A stretch of 20,000 nt of DNA from the NCBI GenBank assembly GCA_050613775.1, contig JBODTK010000122.1, positions 479,509 through 499,508 on the forward strand, read 5' to 3'. The notes beneath the pieces are model-generated. The model did no database searches. It was not told the DNA's origin and saw only the letters and a list, made by a program, of their open reading frames with translations. Of the stretch, positions 1 to 8,600 are shown in pieces. Each line of letters starts with the position of its first letter. Positions within the stretch are counted from its first letter, which is position 1. Position numbers and translations under genes: made by a program. Source of the DNA: Neocallimastix sp. 'constans'. Its lineage: Eukaryota.

Positions 1-620
1 TAGTTATTAAAGTACATCCTTGAAGAAAAAAAAAAAAAAAAACACAATATATTGGAAATTCTTTTGTAAGTTTACCATTAATGTTTGCACGAGATTTCAA
101 AATATGGTATATATTTGTAATGAACTTAAAATATTTACCACGAATACCAATATTATTAAGATTTGTGAGTATATTATATATTTGAATTGAATCATAAGCT
201 CTTTTAAGGTTAAGAAAGGCAAAAAGGTAAAATTGATCATTAAATTTTCCTCTTTGGCAAATTTCACAAATGGAGACAAATAAACCAATACATTCTTCTT
301 TATTTCTAAAATCAAGTTGTTCTGGTCTAATAATTCTCTAAGAAAAAGCATATTGAACAATACTTTTAGTTACGATTTTTGACAGAATCCTAAATCCTTC
401 ATTGATGAGTGAAATATCACAATAATCATTACAATATGAAAAATCCTCTATCATAGGAAAGGAAACAATAGACATTACAATATGAAAAATCCTCTATCAT
501 AGGAAAGGAAACAATAGACATTACAATATGAAAAATCCTCTATCATAGGAAAAGAAACAATAGAAGCAGAATTCCATTCATCAGGGAATACACTATCCCA
601 ATTTTTATTAAATAATAACT
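1..620 (-). mobile_element. Degenerate non-LTR (LINE, RTE/L1-like) retrotransposon reverse transcriptase fragment (pseudogene)
   Basis: Manual minus-strand translation, skipping the extra repeat units, gives LFNKNWDSVFPDEWNSASIVSFP..DFSYCNDYCDISLINEGFRILSKIV..*RIIRPEQLDFRNKEEC..FAFLNLKRAYDSI..IGIRGK..INGKLTKEFPI and, after an expanded homopolymer, LQGCTL. These match LINE RT motifs (P.EW, YRxISL, EQxGFR, FLDLxKAYDSV, QGCxLSP). Contains an in-frame stop, a 46-bp triplication and a homopolymer frameshift. Confidence 0.9.
427..564. repeat. Tandem repeat, 46-bp unit x3, inside the LINE RT remnant
   Basis: Unit CATTACAATATGAAAAATCCTCTATCATAGGAAAGGAAACAATAGA at 427-472, 473-518 and 519-564 (one substitution in the third); no spacers. 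Confidence 0.95.
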
Positions 621-1496
621 ATAGATATTTTGTATAATTGGAATAAGTTACTTCTTAATTATGATCATTTAAGTAAATTTCAAATGATTTGTACTATTAT
701 AGTTATCTCTTAGGATAAAGTAGTTTTCCATATTAATAAAGTATTTTTTAACAATTTCATGAATAATTTCATATTAATTTAATATTTTTATTACTTAAAA
801 ATTCATATAGTCTACTTTCAGTCCAAAATTCAAGGTCATAAATTAAAACTAAAAAAAATTTTAATTGTCATGACCAAAACTAGACTTCTACGTAAACTTG
901 ACATTTCAAAAAAAAAAAAAGCTAAGACATGTTAAAAAAATATTATAATAAATAAAATACAAAAAAATAAAAAAGAAATAGAAAAAAAAATTAAAAATAA
1001 AATTAAATTCTTTACTGTTATCGTTTCTTATGAGATATTATTTATATATATACATATACATATATATATTTTTATTTATTTCACTCGGATTTGCAACCTA
1101 ATAAAAAAAAATTCAAATTATTAGTGAATAGTTTTAATTGAAAAAATTCTTATAAATATGAGTTTTAACTATTTATGATTCTATATTGATACTTAAAATT
1201 ACTTTATCATTGGTAAAAAAAATGAAAATATTAATAATAATAAATTATTTTATATAAAAAAGTGTAAAAGATATGAAATATCAAATGTATATCAAAAAAT
1301 TTAAAAAAATACATAAAGTGGAACAAATCATTTCCCACATAAATATAAATATATAAAAGTGCCATAATTAAATAACCATCCTAAAAACAAATAAAAATAC
1401 ATGATAAATATAACATTATAATACTAATGATTCATGAATGAAGAAATAGTATGCATAATATGAAAATGTAAAAAAAAAAAAAAAAAATTAATGGAA

Positions 1497-1925
1497 TTTT
1501 TTTTTTACAGCTATAATTATTTCAAACTTTAACTTTGTTTATTTATTTATTCATTTATTGATTATATGAATATTTTTATTTTAAAAAACACACAATTAAT
1601 AAAAAATATATATTATTTGTCTAATTTTAAAATAACTATATTTTAAATAGTAATATGAAATAAAAAGTAATATTCAAAATAAAGTGTATAAATAAATTCA
1701 GAAAAAAGTTCAAATGCAACGAACCTCATCTCCAAGATTATAAAATTTCTGTTTAAAAGGAATTTTTATTTCTGATTAGGGTTTGAATTGACAATCTAAA
1801 ATTTTTTTTATAGCCGAAATTATTGCGAACTTTAATCGTTTTTATTTATTCATTTATTAATTACATGAATATTTTTTTATTTTAAAAAAAAATAACACAA
1901 AATTAATAAAAAAATAAATATTATT
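1497..1925 (-). repeat. Diverged direct repeat pair (~1497-1620 and ~1802-1925), each ending in an A-run on the minus strand
   Basis: TTTTTTACAGCTATAATTATTTTCAAACTTT..TTTATTTATTCATTTATTGATTATATGAATATTTTT..ACACA versus TTTTTTATAGCCGAAATTATTGCGAACTTT..TTTATTTATTCATTTATTAATTACATGAATATTTTT..ACACA. Confidence 0.7.
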
Positions 1926-1934
1926 ATGCAAAAC

Positions 1935-1979
1935 TCTAAATGCTATATACAATTTTGTTTAATTTATATAGCATTTAGA
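1935..1979. repeat. Perfect 15-bp inverted repeat (hairpin)
   Basis: TCTAAATGCTATATA (1935-1949) / TATATAGCATTTAGA (1965-1979), 15-nt loop. Confidence 0.85.
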
Positions 1980-2269
1980 AAACCAATTTCCAATCGAGGA
2001 TTACTATTTTTCAATAACAAAAATAATATTTTAATAAAAATTGATGTATTACATTTAATAAAAATACATTATATAATTAAAAGATAAAAAAAAATAAAAT
2101 TTATGTAAAAGATTAAGTAAAAGGGAAAAAAAATAAAATTACACATAAAACAAATTTTAATTAATAATAGTAATTTAATGTAATAAAGAATAAAAATAAG
2201 TTTAAAAGTTAAAAAAATTTTGGTGTGATGTATGCTATGTGTAGTAACATGATCACAAGTTAAATCTAA

Positions 2270-2471
2270 AATAATAAAACAAAGAAGTAACATCTTTAAT
2301 ATAGATAGTGTGGTATCCACTAAACTCTCCCCTGAACCACAAGAAAGATCATCAAAAGTTGAATAATGGTCTTCCTTTAGTAAACCCCATTAAATCCGAT
2401 ATAACCCCAAAGTAAAAAAATAATAATAATAATAATAATAATATTTTAATAAAAATTCAAGAGCTGCTGTA
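2270..2471 (-). mobile_element. Copy A: putative retroposon 3'-region fragment, paralogous to copy B
   Basis: 50-nt block 2283-2332 is 47/50 identical to 2685-2734, and 14-nt CAAGAGCTGCTGTA at 2458-2471 is identical to 2908-2921. Minus frame reads ..DDLSCGSGESLVDTTLSILKMLLLCFI.. Confidence 0.45.
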
Positions 2472-2472
2472 C

Positions 2473-2940
2473 TTTTTTTTTTTTTAGACAGGGAAGAGAA
2501 TACACTTCCAAAACTTTATTAATTTTATTTTAAAAAATAATGTAGGTGAAAAGTACATTTGAAATTAAAAATAAAAAACTTAAAAAATAAAAAAATAACA
2601 ATGCTCGAAAATACTATGTATTTAGGCAAGTTGTACTATGCGGGAATTTTTCCCTTCCTAACAAATAAAAAAGAAATAAAACCTAGAAGTAACATATTTA
2701 AAATAGATAGTGTGGTGTCCACTAAACTCTCCCCGGATTCATCATTTATTGAACTACTAGGGCGAGATTCACCCTTCGTAGAAATAGAAGATGATCCTGT
2801 ATTATCATTATGCCTTATCAGTACAACGTCGACGCTCTTGGTTAAGTTTGGTATTTTACAATACCTATCAAATAATAGTTCAAACGAACTACTTATGAAA
2901 GGTATTGCAAGAGCTGCTGTAAATGTTGGGTAATTACACT
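2473..2940 (-). mobile_element. Copy B: putative 5'-truncated non-LTR retroposon 3' end (ORF C-terminus, 3' UTR, poly(A))
   Basis: Stop-free minus frame 2938->2636 (100 codons, no upstream ATG): CNYPTFTAALAIPFISSSFELLFDRYCKIPNLTKSVDVVLIRHNDNTGSSSISTKGESRPSSSINDESGESLVDTTLSILNMLLLGFISFLFVRKGKIPA*. It is followed by a ~150-nt tail, a terminal stem GGAAG/CTTCC and A13 (T-run 2473-2485). Shares the 29-nt motif with the poly(A)-tailed element at 17170-17514. Confidence 0.55.
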
Positions 2941-3446
2941 ATTAAATCTTGAAATCTTACTATAACGTGAAAAAAATAAAATTATTTTATGTATATAATT
3001 ATAACTTTATTATAAAACTATTTATTAGAGTTTTTCAAACATATTAAATAATATTTTTTCTTTTTTTTTTTTTTATTTTTCATTTTTTATAATATTATTA
3101 AGTACCTTAAAATATTTTTCAAAAGAGAAAAAATTAAACAAAATTAAAAAAAAAAAAAAAATTATTAAATTATAATAATTTTATTATATTTATATATATA
3201 TATTATTATTATTATTATTTCTTTACTTGTTAATTATAAATTAAATGAAAATAAATAAATATTGAATATATATATATATTAAATATTATATTACACATTT
3301 TAATTATTGCTTATACAAAACAAAAAATTCTTAAATTTTTTATTTTAAAAAACTATTATTTTTATTTTTATTATTATTATTATTATTTATTAATTCAATT
3401 CATTTGAAATGTTTAAAAAAAAAAAAGTAAAAACTTATTTTCTTTC

Positions 3447-3448
<2 letters not shown>

Positions 3449-3502
<54 letters not shown>
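3449..3502. repeat. 54-nt T homopolymer (A-tract on the GDB1 sense strand, ~300 nt past the stop)
   Basis: Uninterrupted T run. Confidence 0.9.
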
Positions 3503-3505
<3 letters not shown>

Positions 3506-3808
3506 GATTTTTTTAATAATTTAATGTTATGAAATAAAATATTTTTTAGTTAATTTCCTAAGTATTTTTTTGTTATTTTTTTGCTTTTTCTATTAACTTA
3601 TAAATTATTAATATAGAATTGATTATGATATATATATATATCCATTTAGCGGGTATCTTGTTATATTTCAATTGAATTAATAATTTAATTTTTTTATTAT
3701 TCGGTTTATACTACTATTACAATATGTTATTTTTTTTTTTAAGTTTTTTTTTTTTCTTACTTTTTTATCTTTATATGAAAAAAATTAAATTATTAATATT
3801 AACTTTAA

Positions 3809-5660
3809 TTAAACTGGGGATATACCACGTTCATTAACAAGATATACTAAATCATTAACAGCTTCCAATATAGTAGCCATACTCCAGGCTTGAGTTGGAC
3901 AACTACCTGGACAGACACTACCATTAGCATTAGTAAGCTCTGGAAGACCAGCAAATGGACTTATAGCTGTATCTAAAATGTGTTCTTTATGGCCTGTAAT
4001 TGTTTTTTGAACTTCATTAATAGTTTCTGGATCATCCTTCATGAATTTAAGGTAAGCTCTAAGGAAGTAGCCCATGACCCAAACCCATTCTGGGCCATTG
4101 TGATAATTGAAACCATGAGCAACTGTTGGATCATCTGAATCATTGCCATTATCATAATATCCACGGTAATTCCAATCATTTGGATCGAGAGTCTTAATAC
4201 CAAGTGGACCAGCTAAAATATTCTTTGCTAACTTCAGGCAATTCTTAGCATGTTCTGGTTCGAATAATTCTGGAGCTTCAACCATAGCAATAGCAAAGTT
4301 TGGTCTAAATTGATAATCAGTATATTGCAATGAAGACTTGTAAGTATCCTTATAGATACCGCGTCTATGAATATTCTTAGTTTGTTCTAATGGTTCATCA
4401 TCTGGTTTTTCAACTGGAATATAGAAATGTTTTTCGAAATTCTTTTGAATCATATCATTCCATTGTTTGTAGGTAACCTTTTTACCATTAACATTGAATT
4501 CACTGAATGGATATAAATCTGGACGTTCTTCATGAACTTCAATAAGCCATTTAAGAGTAGCCTTAATAATACCAATAAATTCAATAGCGCAACCATCACG
4601 TGGAGTTGATGGAGTACCCTTAGTACCTGCACGATCTGAATCACCCATTTTATCCATCCAAGTACCACAGTTCCAACGGTTGCCACCATAAACAAAACCA
4701 GTTGGTTCATTGCCATCTTCACCAAATAAATCGGTATGAATATATTGGTTGAAACCTTCACTCTTCATAGCATGATCTAAATTAGAGCCAGCATTCCATT
4801 CACGGAACTTAATTCCACACGCATGGCGTTCTAAAATTTCGTGTAATAATTCAGCAATGGTTGATCTGTATTTGTAGCAGTTTGGATCTGTGTACTCAAT
4901 GAAAGCATCAGTATCTCTATCTTCAGCTTCACCTTCGGTGTATGGGCACTTGCCACTCTCAGTACGACGGTACTTCTTTGGTGGAACAAATCTACGTAAA
5001 ACATCCGTCTTTAAAAAGTCTAAACCTTCTGGAGATTCTGTACAGTAATGATGAACAGCCGAACAGTAATACCATACAGCATCACGTGCATTATAACGTG
5101 GACGACGACCACTATCTAATAAGTTTGGAATTAAACCATGCTTCAAGCAACTACCAAACGCAATAAGGTGTACCTTAGCAGCATCATAATTACCAGTTAA
5201 AATGAAAATACCTCTTAAACATAAGAATATATCTCTACCCCAACAACGCATATGACATGTTGAAAAGTGTGGTAAACCAGCTGCTAATGAAGGTACTGGT
5301 AAATTACCCTTAACATTAAGACATGACTCTGGAATATTTAACGTATATTCTTTAGGGAATAAGCCAGTAGATTTTACTCTACCATAAAGTTGAAGTGATA
5401 CCATAGCTAAACTATGAGTAAATAATTCGAGGGATGAGGTACAGTTATCACTTTTATTATCAGCACGGTTAGTAACTAAATCTCTATTAATTAAGTTAGT
5501 CATAAGTGAAAGTGCACGATAACGACAAGCATGATAGGCAGAGAACATAACGATAGCAAAGTACTTTGGAATTAAATCAGCTGGTAATGTCTTAACTAAA
5601 TTTAGTCTTTCACTTAACCAATCATGAATTTTTTTAAGATGTGGATAGTATTCCATGTAC
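3809..5660 (-). CDS. GDB1: GDB1 exon 13 (amylo-1,6-glucosidase domain)
   Basis: Matches the 615-aa ORF of the track; AAG acceptor at 5661-5662, TAA stop. Confidence 0.97.
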
Positions 5661-8600
5661 CTTTATTAATTTAAATTTAATTTTTATTAAAAAAAATTAA
5701 TAAACATATTTAAATTACTATTTTCCTATTTTAATACTTTTAACAAACATCTAATATTCAAAATAATATTCAATTAAAATACATACTTGTTTAATCTACC
5801 GATAGTGTAATCTAAAGCCCATGGACCTTCTCTTAAATTGCCACATAATGGATGGCCTAAATCATTATTTCTTGCAATTGGTTGTAATACTGATACAAAA
5901 CCTTGTAAACCACAATATGATAATGCGCCATAACCTGGAACTTCATAAATTTCATATCCTTCAATATTTTATTATATAAAAATAATATAAATATTTTCAT
6001 TAATATATTTGTTATATTATTTTATGTTATTTTTGATATAAACTTTTTTTTAACAGTAATTAATAGTATAATTACAAACAATTAATTATATTCTTTTTAT
6101 TATAGTTATTATTATTATTACTGATTTATTTATTTGACTTTTATTTTTTAATGGTTAGACCAATATATCATTTAAACTTAATCTTATGCCTATATATTAA
6201 TTAATTATTTTGAATAAATATAAAAATGTAATTTATTCTTATTTAAAATTTTTTCTTCACTATTTAATAAATGTTTTGTTCAATTTTTCTCTTGTATATG
6301 AATTTTATTTTCGTTACTTATTACTATTACAATATTTGAATATTCATATTTATTATCTTTTTTTATTTTTAATATTATATATTAATTTTATTTTTTTTTT
6401 TCTAATTGTAATTTATTAAATATATATTTTATTTAAAATAATATTTCAAATTTTTAATAATTCAAAATATGATTGCTCAAAATTTTCCAATAATTAAATA
6501 AATATAGTCTTTCTTATTACTTCATTTAAAAAATAATCCTGTTCAATGATTGTTTATACATCCAATATTACTCTTTAATACTTAATAATTAAATGTTGAA
6601 ATTTCTAAAATTTATTTATTGAATATATCTTCATATAAATTTATATACTTGACCATTCTATACTCAAAATTTTTTCTTATTATATTAATATATATTATAT
6701 AAAATTATTATTATCCTTACCAATAGTATCAAATTCTTCTGGTCCACTTCTGTATAATACAACATTCAAATCAATAGCGTCTAAATCATTTACTGCTTCT
6801 AAAAGGCCTGGTGGCCATTTTGTATCTTTGTCAATCCATGATTTAGCTCCACTACTCATGAAGTCTAAACCAAGTCTAACAAGCATTGATGCAGCATCGC
6901 ATCTTTCTTCAATGCCCATTAATTTACGAAGTTCTAATAAACGTTGTTCACGTTCTCCAAATGTTCTTCTATAAGGTGATTCGCCCATTGATTGTCTTGG
7001 ATTAATACCGTTACCTAATACCCAAGTTCTGAACAATACTACACTACCGTTTTTAAATTCTTCTGGTTTTACAACAATAAAAGTAACTTTATTTGAATCG
7101 TGATCCTTTGCTTCTAATACTGTACAAAGTTTAGTTTCTTTAGTACTAAATTCTAAAATACTTGGAAGACCTGTGATAAGTTCTGAATTCTTTGATTGAT
7201 CTATATTACGTATTTTTGAATATAAATTTGAGTTTTGGTGAACGTGTGAAGAGGTTCTTTGAGTTGGGAATGGTTGTAAATTAGCTTGATTGGGATATGA
7301 AGCATAGACAGTGAGTCTTGCACTCTCCATTAACATTACAGCAGTTTGACGTAAGTTGATTGGTTCATGGTCTATAATATAATCGGAGTTAATATATTTA
7401 AATATAATTTAAAATTTTTTAATTTAGTTTAATAAATATTTAAATTTAATTTTAATATACATTCAAATTAATAAAATAATATAAATATAATATAAACTTT
7501 ATTCTAAATTTAATTTAATATATATATGACTATATCTACTTAATTAAACTTATTTTAAAATTCTTATTTATATGGATTATTTTCATAACAATAATATTTT
7601 AACGTTTTTAATTTAATTAATAATTAAAATTTTTAATTATTTCTATTTAATATAAATTAATTAAAAAGCATTTTTTTCCCCATCTTTATATTATTTTTAA
7701 TTGATTTTTATTTTTTGTTTTTCTGTTTTAATTTAACTTTTCATTTTGTTTTTATTTGTATTCTTTTTTTTTTTGTTATTTCTTTGTAGTTCTAATTTTT
7801 AACCATATCTATTCTTATGATATCATGAAATTTATTTCTGTATAAAACAATCTAAATGAATTATTTATATTTTAACTTTCTGTATTTATCATTTTATCTA
7901 TTATTATTCTAAGATTAAATATTGCTGAGAATATATTAATATATATTTAAACTATTAATTATTAATTTTGTTTTTGTGTAATAATAAATTTTTATTATAT
8001 CATTCCATAAATCTATTTGAAATTAACCCATATAAAATTAAATAATTTTATATTAAATAAAATTATATGCTTTTACCTCCTTCACCATCACCACGGAAGG
8101 CTGTTCTTATAATAGCTAAATAACCATCATGATTAATTGGATGTTTTCTATGAATAGAAATGAACTATATTATATATATTTTTTTATATTTATTAACAAT
8201 TTTTATATTTTGAAATTTTTAATTGTATTTTTTATATATTTTATTAAATATAATTTTCATAATGTATTAATAAATTTTATATATTTAAATTTAAAGTACA
8301 TACATTAGTTTCATGATGAACATGAATTTCAGAATAACCTTCTTGTGCAAGTTGGGTGTGCAATTTTTGTAAAATACTTTTTGCTTTTAATTTTTTAAAA
8401 ATATAAATTATTTAAAATTTTATAATTTTTTCAAATTTTGTTATAATTTTTTTATATTTCATCTAATAATAAAATATTTAATTCTTATTTACCTGGAATA
8501 ATACCATCTTCCATATCTGGTATTCTGTACTTTCTCTTTTCTGTTACAACATTTAGTAGTTCTGGAACAATTTCATCATAACCTCTAACACTACCACAAG

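Noticed and set aside
97..360. 87-aa ORF from the track
   Set aside because: Off-frame shadow of the LINE RT remnant.
427..564. CRISPR-like array
   Set aside because: Units are contiguous with no unique spacers and no cas genes; the same applies to the 52-bp repeat at 16129-16306.
2305..2335. T-box antiterminator or tRNA A box (minus AGTTTAGTGGATACCAC)
   Set aside because: Extra base relative to the T-box consensus, eukaryotic context, no B box and no cloverleaf.
2222..2340. C/D snoRNA (TGATGT ... CTGA) or U2-like GTGTAGTA
   Set aside because: Box C is imperfect, the paralogous copy lacks CTGA, and the U2 flanking sequence is absent.
2022..2457. 21-bp direct repeat AATAATATTTTAATAAAAATT (2022-2042 and 2437-2457) as a TSD
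   Set aside because: A/T only in extremely AT-rich DNA, with no tail beside it.
2559..2933. Plus-strand 124-aa ORF as a host gene
   Set aside because: TTG start, low-complexity N-terminus, no known domain. The minus frame and poly(A) orientation explain the region better, though it is not fully excluded.
2300..2940. Group I intron, RNase P/MRP, or hammerhead/HDV/hairpin/twister ribozyme
   Set aside because: Only topological resemblance; the invariant core sequences were not found by eye in any of the four islands.
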